Position numbers and translations under genes: made by a program
Shown here: positions 9,529 through 19,119 of the stretch, piece by piece
How positions within the stretch are numbered: position 1 is the first letter of the stretch
Layout: each line of letters opens with the position of its first letter
Notes under the pieces: model-generated
What the model was told of the DNA's origin: nothing
The model's database searches: none
The model's input: only the letters and a program-made list of their open reading frames with translations
Assembly (NCBI GenBank): GCA_037441845.1
Contig: JBBIRK010000004.1
Location: forward strand, 191,074 to 255,073
Length of the DNA: 64,000 nt
DNA from: Candidatus Zixiibacteriota bacterium
GTDB taxonomy: Bacteria > Zixibacteria > MSB-5A5 > UBA10806 > 4484-95
Direction: 5' to 3'

Positions 9529-9649
9529 ATTTATACATCAGGGGCGAAACCGCTTTTTTTACCATTCCGGTCGCACATGGTTATGTTATTTCTTTTCATT
9601 CACCATGATGGTGTGATGACCATTCTCAAGTAGGCGAACAGCCGGAGGG

Positions 9650-10879
9650 GTGGAAATGATTTCCGTAGATAAGGCGTTACAAATCGTACTGGATTTAACC
9701 AAAGTGCTTGAGCCGGTGAACCTTCCCATTTTGGAGGCTCGCGGCCGGGTGCTTGCCGAGGATGTTATATCATCGGAAGACGTTCCCGCTTTCGATTATG
9801 CCATGGTGTCTGGCTACGCCCTCGAATCGAAATCCGCCGCCGGGGCTTCCAGCAAAAGTCCGATTGAGATTTATATCGATGGTGAGTTGTTCCCCGGGAA
9901 AAATTGGCCTAAGCCGATCGAACCCCGTCATGCCGTGAAAATCACTTCGGGTGCGCCTATCCCCGAGGGGGCCGACACCGTTTTGCCCGATGAACATATG
10001 GTAAGGCAAACCAATGGCAAGGGCGTTATTTATAAACAGCCCGTTGCGGGCGAGAACATCAGAAAAAAAGGCGAGGATATTTCCAAGGGAACATTGGTGC
10101 TGGCTAAAGGCAAGAAAATCAATGCCGCCGACATCAGCGTTCTATCCGCACTCGGAATGAACGAAGTCAAATGCTTTCGCGCCCCGCGTGTTTCGTTTTT
10201 GGTTACCGGAAGCGCTTTCAGCGAGAGCGACGGCCCGCTGCCATATGGCATGATGCGGTGTTCAAATCGGTTCGCGCTCTATTCGCAGCTGGCCGAATAT
10301 GGGGCTCAACCTATCGATCTCGGAATAGCCGGTCATAATCGCGAGGAGGTTCAAGAAAAAATTTTGCAGGGACTCGAGCACGATATGTTTATCAGCAGCA
10401 TCGGACCGGCGCTCGAGGACTTCTCGTTCGTTAAAAAAATACTCGAACGGGTCGGTATGGATATAAAATTCTGGAAAGTCGCGATCAAACCCGGAAAACC
10501 GATGATTTTCGGCACCTGCGGCAATATCCCCATATTCGGTTTGTCCGGGCATCCTTATTCTTCTTATATTGTGCTTGAGCAGTTCGTTCGTCCGGCATTG
10601 ATGAAGATGATGGGAATGAGTATTATTCGTCGCACCGAGGTTATGGCCACTTTGACCAGAGACATCAGGGGAGAGGATGGGGTGACCACTTTTATTCGCG
10701 GAATAGTAATCCTTACCGAAAACGGATTTCAGGTGACTCCGGCCCTTCGTTATAGCAGCTCGCTTAGAGCCTTCTCCACGGTAAACTGCCTGATTGTGAT
10801 TCCTCCGAATTCAGGTTACATGCAAGCGGGAGAGAAAATCCGGGTTCAGATCATCGCCGAACCGGAATCCCTAAATTGA
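9650..10879 (+). CDS. moeA: MoeA/gephyrin E-domain-like protein (catalytic residues degenerate)
   Basis: GRVLAED, GAPIPEGAD, GENIRKKGED, FWKVAIKPGKP; several acidic catalytic motifs are altered. Confidence 0.85.
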   Translation: MEMISVDKALQIVLDLTKVLEPVNLPILEARGRVLAEDVISSEDVPAFDYAMVSGYALESKSAAGASSKSPIEIYIDGELFPGKNWPKPIEPRHAVKITSGAPIPEGADTVLPDEHMVRQTNGKGVIYKQPVAGENIRKKGEDISKGTLVLAKGKKINAADISVLSALGMNEVKCFRAPRVSFLVTGSAFSESDGPLPYGMMRCSNRFALYSQLAEYGAQPIDLGIAGHNREEVQEKILQGLEHDMFISSIGPALEDFSFVKKILERVGMDIKFWKVAIKPGKPMIFGTCGNIPIFGLSGHPYSSYIVLEQFVRPALMKMMGMSIIRRTEVMATLTRDIRGEDGVTTFIRGIVILTENGFQVTPALRYSSSLRAFSTVNCLIVIPPNSGYMQAGEKIRVQIIAEPESLN

Positions 10880-11010
10880 CGATTTAATTTCGGTCCTTTT
10901 CGAACCGGCGTTTGGGCGCATATTGCGGCTGTCAGGCGCAAGTTTGACGAAGATGTAATACTTGCGCCCAATCGAATTAGGTTGCAATTGACCGGTTTGT
11001 TGCGTTTAAT

Positions 11011-11457
11011 TTATATTCTTTTATATCGCTTAAAACTGATATTGAGATGGATTATGACATTTCCCACAAGGATTAGGAAATCCTCGATTATTCTTGCCAA
11101 TAAGTTCGATTTGGTGGTCGCCGCCGTCGTGAAACAGCCGCAGTTAAGGTTTATTCCCCGAAAATACGCCGTTTCGAGCGCTGCGATAAATACCAAGGTC
11201 ATCAGAAATATCAATAGATTCGCGGATTTGTAATTGAATCCGAGAATCAGGCATAGGCCTGCTGTAAGCTCCAGCCACGGCAAAAAAATAGCAAGACCGT
11301 TTATTGCGGCAGGCGGCAACAGTCGATAATTATGAATTATCCTCGCAAATGCCTCCGGATTGATAATTTTATCTATTGAAGCATAAACGAATATGCCGCC
11401 TATGGCCAAACTGAGAAGAGTAGTGAAGAAGGTTCTATTGTTTGTTTCCGCTCTCAA
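11011..11457 (-). CDS. MauE/DoxX family membrane protein
   Basis: GGIFVYASIDKI..P..F, LPWLEL..G, RGINLNCGCF. Confidence 0.88.
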   Translation of the reverse strand: MRAETNNRTFFTTLLSLAIGGIFVYASIDKIINPEAFARIIHNYRLLPPAAINGLAIFLPWLELTAGLCLILGFNYKSANLLIFLMTLVFIAALETAYFRGINLNCGCFTTAATTKSNLLARIIEDFLILVGNVIIHLNISFKRYKRI

Positions 11458-11938
11458 TCGGCAATCCTTGCTCTGTCCATTTTACGTAACCCCCGAAAAA
11501 TATAAGAGGTCGGACATATCCATGCGACTGGAATTCTCTGGCAGCAAAAAGCGATAGTTCACAATCCAAACCGCCGCAATAGGTTACGATAAGCCTTTCC
11601 GCCCCAATCAGAGGTTCCACCGAATCCCAGTATTCATCCCAACGCTCGAAAGGCAGGTTTATAGCCCCCGGAATATGCCCCTCGCTATATTCCTCTGGTT
11701 CTCGCGTGTCTATGAATATGCCGCCTTTGTCTTTCCATAGCAGGAACGCCTCCTCAAGAGTGATCAATGAGTCGGTTTCGGGATCGAATGAGGGCGGTTT
11801 TTCCAGTGCTATGATCCGGCGGTTATCCGGCCATACTCCGATTAACGGGATCTTTTTCGGATGAACCAAAGCCGATCCCAATGCCAGAATCATAGATATT
11901 CCGACAATAAGCAGCGCGCTTCCGATTATTTTCCGCAT
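11435..11938 (-). CDS. membrane-anchored rhodanese-like domain protein
   Basis: N-terminal TM helix; IDTREPEEYSEGHIPGAINLP; YCGGLDC; GGYVKW. Confidence 0.9.
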   Translation of the reverse strand: MRKIIGSALLIVGISMILALGSALVHPKKIPLIGVWPDNRRIIALEKPPSFDPETDSLITLEEAFLLWKDKGGIFIDTREPEEYSEGHIPGAINLPFERWDEYWDSVEPLIGAERLIVTYCGGLDCELSLFAAREFQSHGYVRPLIFFGGYVKWTEQGLPIESGNKQ

Positions 11939-12089
11939 TTTTCAAATATATATTTCAGCCTGAGGAAGTCAAGCTGCTACCTTAGCAATTAAATTCAAAA
12001 TAAGGCGATTTGTTCCAAATCTGTTATTTTGGGCTCGGTTAACCTTAAAATCAGTATCGATTTAATTAGGTGGTCATGGGGAAATTCTA

Positions 12090-12117
12090 TTGACAAAACC
12101 TTTATTGGTGATAGATT
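12090..12117 (+). promoter_or_regulatory. sigma70-type promoter upstream of the HNH-trpS region
   Basis: TTGACA-16 bp-TAGATT with an extended TGn element. Confidence 0.55.
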
Positions 12118-12145
12118 ACGATTGGTAAGCATGCCGGGATAAGCG

Positions 12146-12652
12146 ATGCTGAATGGGCATGTATTGATCTTAAATCAGAATTACGAGCCGTTGACCGTTT
12201 GCACAGTCAGGCGTGCGATAGTTATGGTTGTCCTCGATCGGGCCGAGATGATAGAATCCCTTGATGGACAACGTGTTCATGCGGTGAATATGAGTTTCCC
12301 GGTGCCTTCGGTAGTGCGCTTGGCCAATTTCGTGAAAATACCGGCCAAGCGGGTGCTACTTTCGCGCAAAAATATTATCAAAAGGGATGGAGGTCGTTGC
12401 CAGTACTGCGGCCGCAAGACACCTGATATGACCGTCGATCATGTCATACCGAAGCAGATGGGGGGGCAGGATACCTGGGAAAACCTGGTGGCGGCTTGTC
12501 CGGATTGCAATAACCTTAAAGGCCAAAGACTTCCGGAGCAGGCCAATATGGTTCTCCTGCGGAAACCAAAACGTCCGAGCCATATTACGTTTATCCAGCA
12601 GTTCATGGATCCCCAGGATAGTCGATGGCGAAGATATCTTTTTCTTGATTGA
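12146..12652 (+). CDS. HNH endonuclease (McrA-like, HNH_5 type)
   Basis: VLILNQNYEPL, RDGGRCQYCG, TVDHVIPKQMGG..TWENLVAACPDCNNLKG. Confidence 0.93.
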   Translation: MLNGHVLILNQNYEPLTVCTVRRAIVMVVLDRAEMIESLDGQRVHAVNMSFPVPSVVRLANFVKIPAKRVLLSRKNIIKRDGGRCQYCGRKTPDMTVDHVIPKQMGGQDTWENLVAACPDCNNLKGQRLPEQANMVLLRKPKRPSHITFIQQFMDPQDSRWRRYLFLD

Positions 12653-12793
12653 CGAAAGCAAACCAGATTGAAGTAACTGAGAAAAGAGGACGTCCGAATC
12701 GATACCATTGGAAAATAACTTATAGCCACTGCATAACTTGGTCGCATCGAATTTTTGCCGTCATGACGAAATGGCGGGCAACGTGGGAATTTT

Positions 12794-13771
12794 ATGAGCA
12801 TGAAAGGCGTAATTTTATCAGGAATGCAGCCGACCGGTCAACTTCACCTCGGCAATTACGAGGGGGCGTTGAAAAATTGGGTCGAGCTTCAACACCAATA
12901 TGAGACTTATCTTTGCATCGTAGATTGGCATTCCCTGACCTCCGATTACGCGGAAACCGACGGTATCAAAGAACGCGTATTTCAGATGGCATGCGATTAC
13001 CTGGCCGCGGGGCTGGATTCCGATAAATGCTCGATATTCATCCAATCGGAGGTCAAGGAACATGCGGAGCTGCATCTCTTGTTTTCCATGATTACGCCGC
13101 TTTCATGGCTCGAGCGGGTGCCATCTTACAAGGAAAAGGCGAACGAACTCGGTCTCGATAGCTACGGATTTTTGGGATACCCGTTATTGCAGGCGGCCGA
13201 TATTTTAGTTTATCGAGCCAATGCGGTACCCGTGGGCAAGGACCAACTTCCCCATATTGAGTTGACAAGGGAGGTCGCCCGGAGGTTTAATAATCTTTAC
13301 GGCGAAATTTTTCCGGAACCCGAAGGGCTTTTGACTCAATTCCCGGCGGTCACCGGTACCGATGGACGCAAGATGTCGAAATCCTATGGCAATGACATCC
13401 GTCTCGCCGATTCGGAGGAAGTAACTGCGGCCAAAATCAAAAAGATGTTCACCGATCCGCAGAAATTGCGAAAAGGCGATCCGGGAAGACCCGAAATCTG
13501 CCCGGTGTATTCATTGCATCGAATTTACAATGATTCGCATGATCAAATCGCCGCTCCCTGTCGTTCCGGGCAACTCGGGTGTGTCGAGTGCAAGACCATT
13601 CTCGCCGGCAAACTGAACGGCGCGCTATCCGAATTGCGGAAAAGACGGGAAAGTTTCGTTTCCAGGCCCGAGTTCGTGTGGAAATCACTCAAAGCCGGCG
13701 CCGATTCGGCCCGCAATAGGGCTGCTGAAACCATGTCCTTGGTAAGAAAGGCGATGAAAATTGACTGGTAA
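12794..13771 (+). CDS. trpS: tryptophan--tRNA ligase
   Basis: SGMQPTGQLHLGNY (HIGH), YPLLQAADIL, VPVGKDQ, KMSKS. Confidence 0.97.
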   Translation: MSMKGVILSGMQPTGQLHLGNYEGALKNWVELQHQYETYLCIVDWHSLTSDYAETDGIKERVFQMACDYLAAGLDSDKCSIFIQSEVKEHAELHLLFSMITPLSWLERVPSYKEKANELGLDSYGFLGYPLLQAADILVYRANAVPVGKDQLPHIELTREVARRFNNLYGEIFPEPEGLLTQFPAVTGTDGRKMSKSYGNDIRLADSEEVTAAKIKKMFTDPQKLRKGDPGRPEICPVYSLHRIYNDSHDQIAAPCRSGQLGCVECKTILAGKLNGALSELRKRRESFVSRPEFVWKSLKAGADSARNRAAETMSLVRKAMKIDW

Positions 13772-14540
13772 TCATATCAGAATTGACGATGTCGGGCCGG
13801 GTTTCAACATCCAGCCGTTCGAGGGACCGCTTGATCTATTGCTATATCTGATCAAGCAGGACGAAATCGATATTTATGATATTCCAATAGCCCAGATTAC
13901 CAGGCAATACCTTGCTTATCTCGAGGCCATGCAGGAACTCGACCTTGAAGTGGCCGGTGAATTTATCCTGATGGCGGCCATGCTTATCCGGATCAAAGCC
14001 CAGATGCTTTTGCCGCAACCCGAAGATGAAATGAAAGATTTCGAGGACCCGCGAAGCGGCCTTGTGCGAGCGCTTCTCGAGTATCGCCAATTTCGCTCGG
14101 CGGCGCAAGAACTGGAGAAAAGAGGGGAATCCTGGCAAAAGCGCTATCCGAGAGGCAGGCAATACGACGGTATCACCGCCGATATAAATTACCGCCTCGA
14201 ACCGGTGGATATCAACGCTCTTGCGATCGCTCTGGGCGAACTGCTGCTTAATTCCAGAAAGGCCAAGGATCACCTTGTGGATATCGATGAGGTCAGTATC
14301 GATCAGCGGATCGAGCATATAATCGACAAGCTTGAATACCGCGGCGAAGTCGGGTTCGAAGAGTTATTCGACGATGATCCTCGACGAATCGTGATCGCGG
14401 TTACCTTCATGGCGATCCTCGAACTATGCCGGCTTGGTCAGCTATTTTTGAAGCAGGCGGCTCCGTTCGGAAAAATCTGGGTTGTCCGGGGAAAACTGGA
14501 TCGAGAAAAGGCGATGAAACTGTATGCGCATAGCGTGTAA
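13761..14540 (+). CDS. scpA: segregation/condensation protein A (kleisin)
   Basis: FEGPLDLLLYLI..EIDIYDIPIAQIT, GEFILMAA, TFMAILEL, QAAPFG. Confidence 0.95.
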   Translation: MTGNHIRIDDVGPGFNIQPFEGPLDLLLYLIKQDEIDIYDIPIAQITRQYLAYLEAMQELDLEVAGEFILMAAMLIRIKAQMLLPQPEDEMKDFEDPRSGLVRALLEYRQFRSAAQELEKRGESWQKRYPRGRQYDGITADINYRLEPVDINALAIALGELLLNSRKAKDHLVDIDEVSIDQRIEHIIDKLEYRGEVGFEELFDDDPRRIVIAVTFMAILELCRLGQLFLKQAAPFGKIWVVRGKLDREKAMKLYAHSV

Positions 14541-16143
14541 AATTGCGATTATCGTTATTGCGATTCAGGCGATTTCATTTGCGGATATCGGCTGCACCAC
14601 CGGCGATTTTATCCTGTCCCTGCCCACCGCGCATGTGTGGCCGCCGCTTGCTCTTACCAGGCCCTCGTTACAGGTTCGATACGATACGGAAAACTTCAGA
14701 ATCCATTTCGATATCACAGGCAACAATGCCGTCTATCAAAGCGATGTCGATATCAATCCGCATGACGGTGTGCCTGATTACGTAAACCGTATGGGCGAGT
14801 ATCTCGAATCGAGCCGCTTGGCTTTCGTTAATCTCCATGGATTCGACCCTCCTCCTCCCGATGACGGTCTGGGGGGTAATGACCTCTATGACGTTTACGT
14901 CACCGAAATCACCGGACTGGTGGTTCCGGAGTTCCCCTCCGATCATTATCCCGGGCGGCAGGCTTATTCTTCATATATGTTCATTGGGCGGGATCTTCGC
15001 AATCAACATCATCCCGACGACCCTATACCGTTTTTAAAGGTTACATGCGCGCATGAGTATTTCCATGCGGTGCAGATGGCTTATCGGGCGTTCGGCCGCG
15101 ATGAAACGCCTTGGTGGTATGAGCTTTCGGCGGTATCCGCGGAAGAGATCGTTTTCGACGGGGTGAACGAACTTTATTATTATCTGCCGGATTATTATTT
15201 GAAAATCGATAAATCTTTGTATCTGACGGGTGGATCGCATATGTACGGATCCTGGGTTTTTGCCCAATATCTTTGCCAGAATCATGGGTTCGAATTCATC
15301 AGAAGAATATTCGAAAAACTGATTAGCCTCGATCAATCGATCAATGCGATCAGCGTTGTTTTCGCGGAGGCCAATCTGAATTTTCTGACAGAATACGCCG
15401 ATTTTATGTCATGGAATTATTTCACCGCTGCCAATTGGAGGCCGGGATTTTTCGAAGAAGGACCGGATTTTCCGTTGAGCGTGCCGCTGATAAGAATTCA
15501 TGACATATACCCCACCGGAATGGTGATTGACCCGAAAACGATCGAGAATCTCGGAGGAGCGCACATCGTATTCAACGATCCGGGAGTGCCCAAATCCACG
15601 CTGGTGATTCATTTTTACGGCGATGATAATTATCCATTGGTATTCGCCGTCGGCAGCATTCCCGATTCCGGGTTCGTTACTTTCGGGATCTATTATGTGC
15701 CGCCCGGTGAATCATTGTCTGTCAGAATCCCTCAATTTCATAATCTCGACGCGGCATTGATGACTGTGGTATGGCCTTATCAGGGTTTCACTATTCGCGA
15801 CAGCGCCGATTTCAAATACAGCGCAGAAATCGATACGATTGAAACGTCGATTTCATCCGAGGAAACGATGGTTCCCGCATCGTTCAGGCTCTTGGGCAAC
15901 TATCCAAACCCATTCAATTCCGCCACAATCATAAATTTCGAGTGGAATTTTTCTTCGGAAAATTATAAGTTCGAGGTTGTGGACGTAACCGGCCGAAAGA
16001 TCGGCGAAATGACGGGAAAAGCGGAAATCGGGTTAAATGCGTTGCGCTGGCGGATGATGGAAAACCAGGCCTGCGGCATATATCTATATAAAATCACAAT
16101 CGGTGGTTTCGAGCGAACGGGCAGAATGCTTTACCTCAAATAG
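14524..16143 (+). CDS. secreted zinc metallopeptidase with an FlgD-Ig/T9SS-like C-terminal domain
   Basis: signal peptide, GVPDYV, AHEYFHAVQ (HEXXH), W..E, C-terminal NYPNPFN...GIYLY...MLYLK. Confidence 0.85.
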   Translation: MRIACKIAIIVIAIQAISFADIGCTTGDFILSLPTAHVWPPLALTRPSLQVRYDTENFRIHFDITGNNAVYQSDVDINPHDGVPDYVNRMGEYLESSRLAFVNLHGFDPPPPDDGLGGNDLYDVYVTEITGLVVPEFPSDHYPGRQAYSSYMFIGRDLRNQHHPDDPIPFLKVTCAHEYFHAVQMAYRAFGRDETPWWYELSAVSAEEIVFDGVNELYYYLPDYYLKIDKSLYLTGGSHMYGSWVFAQYLCQNHGFEFIRRIFEKLISLDQSINAISVVFAEANLNFLTEYADFMSWNYFTAANWRPGFFEEGPDFPLSVPLIRIHDIYPTGMVIDPKTIENLGGAHIVFNDPGVPKSTLVIHFYGDDNYPLVFAVGSIPDSGFVTFGIYYVPPGESLSVRIPQFHNLDAALMTVVWPYQGFTIRDSADFKYSAEIDTIETSISSEETMVPASFRLLGNYPNPFNSATIINFEWNFSSENYKFEVVDVTGRKIGEMTGKAEIGLNALRWRMMENQACGIYLYKITIGGFERTGRMLYLK

Positions 16144-16160
16144 GAGTTTTCGAATAAGGA

Positions 16161-16883
16161 ATGATTCAGGACAAAAACGACCGAAGCGATAATGAATTTG
16201 ACCTGTTCGATCAGAAAAACATAGTCGAATCGCTTATTTTCGCCTCCAACGAACCGCTTCGAGACGATGTAATCGCCCGTTGTGCGGGAATTTCGCAAGC
16301 CACTTTGGAAAAAGTCGTCGCTGAATTGAATGAGGAATATCTTGCGACCAGAAGGAGCTTCAGAATAGAAAGGGTAAACGGCGGCTATCGGTTCTATTCA
16401 TTGCCGGAGTATCACTCCTATATAAAAAGAGCAGGCGAAATCGATCGGAAACTTCACCTCAGTCAGGCGGCGCTCGAAGCTTTGGCGATAATCGCTTACA
16501 AGCAGCCGATCACCCGCGCCGAAATCGAAAGAATCAGAGGCGTGGATTGCGATGGAGTTCTGCGCAATCTTATGGCAAGGGATCTGATCTGCATCGATGG
16601 CCGTTCGAACGGCCCGGGCCGTCCGCATCTTTTCGTGACCACCGAATATTTCCTCGAATTTTTCGGTTTGCCGTCGTTGAGCCATCTGCCGCCATTGCCG
16701 CCCACGGAAGAAGTTCCGGCGAAATTGCCGTCGCTTAAATTGGCGCGCAAAGGCGAGGTCATGGGCGATGGCGTCGGAGACGATCAAGCCGAAACGGCGC
16801 TCGAGTCGGCCGCTAAAGATTCCAGCGTATCTTCGGGGGGATTTTCCCCTTTGTCGATCACTGAAATAGAACGTGAATCTTGA
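16161..16883 (+). CDS. scpB: SMC-Scp complex subunit ScpB
   Basis: ESLIFAS.EP, LSQAALEALAIIAYKQPITRAEIERIRGV, PGRP..F.TT..FLEFFGL. Confidence 0.96.
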   Translation: MIQDKNDRSDNEFDLFDQKNIVESLIFASNEPLRDDVIARCAGISQATLEKVVAELNEEYLATRRSFRIERVNGGYRFYSLPEYHSYIKRAGEIDRKLHLSQAALEALAIIAYKQPITRAEIERIRGVDCDGVLRNLMARDLICIDGRSNGPGRPHLFVTTEYFLEFFGLPSLSHLPPLPPTEEVPAKLPSLKLARKGEVMGDGVGDDQAETALESAAKDSSVSSGGFSPLSITEIERES

Positions 16884-16970
16884 ATTTCGAATTGTATCGC
16901 CGCTGCGTAGGTTTGACCTCGCGCAACGGCGAACCATCACTTATTCCGATAGACCCTTGTTGCCTCATTA

Positions 16971-17690
16971 ATGATGCGGATAAATAAATATCTTGCCCGA
17001 TCTGGCGCCGGTTCCCGCCGCCACGCCGATCAGCTAATTCTTCAGGGAAGAGTCAAAGTAAACGGCTCTTTGGTCAAGGAACTCGGCATTCAAATCGATA
17101 GCGAAAAAGACGTGGTTGAGGTGGATGGCAAGACCGTTTCACCCGCGCTGGGTACGACCTATCTGATGCTGAACAAGCCTCCCGGCTACTTGGTATCCGC
17201 CCGGGACCCGCATCACGAAAAATTGGTGAGCGTTTTACTCAAGGAATACAGGGGCAAAGTATTCCCGGTCGGCCGCCTTGATTTCGAAACATCCGGCTTG
17301 CTTCTATTCACCAACGACGGCGAGCTCGCATTTAGGTTGAGCCATCCGCGCTATGGAGTAAAGAAGACATACGAGGCAAAGCTGGCGGGCTCGATCGGCG
17401 AATCTGAAATGGAACAGCTGAGAAAGGGAATCGTGCTGGATGACGGCCCAACCGCGCCGGCTGAAGCGCAGATCGTATCCGTCTCCAGGACTATGAGTCT
17501 GGTAAGGATCACGATACACGAAGGACGGAAACGTCAGGTCAGGCGGATGTTGGCCAGCCTCGGATTTCCGGTGATAACTCTTAAACGGGTCGCCTATGGG
17601 TCTCTTTTGCTGGATGACCTGCCGGAGGGGAAGTTCCGCCTGTTGGAGCCGTCTCAGGTGGAGGAGCTTAAGGCGCTGGTGGGATTGTAG
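16971..17690 (+). CDS. rluB: 23S rRNA pseudouridine synthase (RsuA/RluB family)
   Basis: S4 domain (RINKYLA..G.GSRR), PVGRLDFETSGLL, EGRKRQVRRM; scpB-rluB-cmk synteny. Confidence 0.88.
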   Translation: MMRINKYLARSGAGSRRHADQLILQGRVKVNGSLVKELGIQIDSEKDVVEVDGKTVSPALGTTYLMLNKPPGYLVSARDPHHEKLVSVLLKEYRGKVFPVGRLDFETSGLLLFTNDGELAFRLSHPRYGVKKTYEAKLAGSIGESEMEQLRKGIVLDDGPTAPAEAQIVSVSRTMSLVRITIHEGRKRQVRRMLASLGFPVITLKRVAYGSLLLDDLPEGKFRLLEPSQVEELKALVGL

Positions 17691-17692
17691 AG

Positions 17693-18358
17693 ATGGGCAA
17701 GGTTGTGGTTATCGACGGGCCTGCGGGCTCGGGCAAAAGCACCACGGCGATAGCTTTGGCGCGTAGGCTGGGCTACATATATCTCGACACAGGAGCGATG
17801 TATCGTGCTATAACACTTAAAATTATGCGATATAATGAAAGTGTTGCGTTAATTGATAACAAGCTCGAAAAACTGCTCGATAATACCGTCCTCGAACTTT
17901 GCCAAAGCCACGACGGTCTGAAAGTGCTTCTCGACGGCGAAGACGTAACTAAACAGATTCGCTCGACCGAGGTGGATGCAAAGGTTTCCGAGGTTTCGGC
18001 TATCCCCGCTGTCAGGGAATTCATGCACAAGCAGCAACGGGCATTCGGTGAAAATCATGACATCGTGGCGGAGGGAAGGGACTTGGGAACTTACGTTTTC
18101 CCCGATGCCGATGTTAAAATTTACATGGTGGCCGATCTTGAAACCCGCGCCGAACGCCGCCGGTTGCAATTGAATTTGGCGCTATCTGAAAAGGCAAGTT
18201 TGCAAGAAAATCTAAAGATGCGTGATGAGATCGATTCCGGCAGGACTCATTCCCCGCTCAAGAAAGCCCCTGATGCCATAGTGATCGATACGACGAATAT
18301 GACATTCGAACAGCAGGTGGATGAAATCCTGAAAATATGTCTGGCCAAATTAAAGTAA
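17693..18358 (+). CDS. cmk: cytidylate kinase
   Basis: IDGPAGSGKST, LDTGAMYRA, EGRDLGT.VFPDA, RDEIDSGR.HSPL. Confidence 0.97.
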   Translation: MGKVVVIDGPAGSGKSTTAIALARRLGYIYLDTGAMYRAITLKIMRYNESVALIDNKLEKLLDNTVLELCQSHDGLKVLLDGEDVTKQIRSTEVDAKVSEVSAIPAVREFMHKQQRAFGENHDIVAEGRDLGTYVFPDADVKIYMVADLETRAERRRLQLNLALSEKASLQENLKMRDEIDSGRTHSPLKKAPDAIVIDTTNMTFEQQVDEILKICLAKLK

Positions 18359-19002
18359 ATCATTTTTATCGATTTTGCCGATTCCTGATCAGAATTTATA
18401 TGCGCCTCTTGTGTGGGCTTGATCTGAGGGGTTCCCGCAACGTTCCCCCCGACGGCGGTTTGATAATCGCTTCGAATCATGTGGCGGCCGGCGATCCACC
18501 ATTGCTCGGTTCGGCGTGCCCGCGCGAAGTGCATTTCATGGCCAAGAAGGAGCTATTCAAGCCGCCTCTTGGATTATTGATAAGAAACCTCAATGCATTC
18601 CCGGTTGACCGGGGTGGATTCGATCTCGATTCCATAAAGACCAGCCTTGGCCTGTTGAGGTCGGGAAACGTTTTGCTGATGTTTCCTGAGGGAACCAGAT
18701 CGCGGGATGGGAAGTTGGGTCGGGCCAAGCCCGGCGTGGCCATGATTGCGCTCAAAGCTCAGGTGCCGATAGTGCCGGTTTTTATCGCCAACACGAAACG
18801 CGCCTGGCTGAATCGCATTTGGGGAAAGAAGCTGATTGTTCATTTCGGCGAACCGATAAAAGTCAGTGCCGAAGAAAATCGGCAGACCAGGGAGATTTAC
18901 GACGAAATAGGCGCCGATGTGATGCGCAGAATAGAAAGCCTGAAGAGCGCCGCCGAAGAAAAGGTGCGCGCGGACTCCGATAAGGGGGCTCCAAATAATT
19001 GA
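18337..19002 (+). CDS. plsC: 1-acyl-sn-glycerol-3-phosphate acyltransferase
   Basis: SNHVAAGDPP (HX4D), FMAKKELF, FPEGTRS, VPIVP. Confidence 0.9.
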   Translation: MSGQIKVNHFYRFCRFLIRIYMRLLCGLDLRGSRNVPPDGGLIIASNHVAAGDPPLLGSACPREVHFMAKKELFKPPLGLLIRNLNAFPVDRGGFDLDSIKTSLGLLRSGNVLLMFPEGTRSRDGKLGRAKPGVAMIALKAQVPIVPVFIANTKRAWLNRIWGKKLIVHFGEPIKVSAEENRQTREIYDEIGADVMRRIESLKSAAEEKVRADSDKGAPNN

Positions 19003-19119
19003 CGGTGTTCCGATATAAAAATTAATTGCCTGGCGGCAGTTTTAGGCTATATTGTACTTTATGCGGCTTCGTCCGTAGCCCTTTGGGGTAATCGTAATGT
19101 TAAGGAGGATTAATTCGTA

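Noticed and set aside
12146..12652. HNH nuclease as a mobile element or defence system
   Set aside because: Widespread stand-alone family; no intron, methyltransferase, repeats or integrase nearby.
12652..12794. possible T-box or attenuator before trpS
   Set aside because: Too short, with no T-box consensus (GGTGGNACCGCG); only a modest hairpin is present.
16897..16932. hairpin between scpB and rluB
   Set aside because: Single imperfect stem with no U-tract and no other copies noticed; function unsupported.
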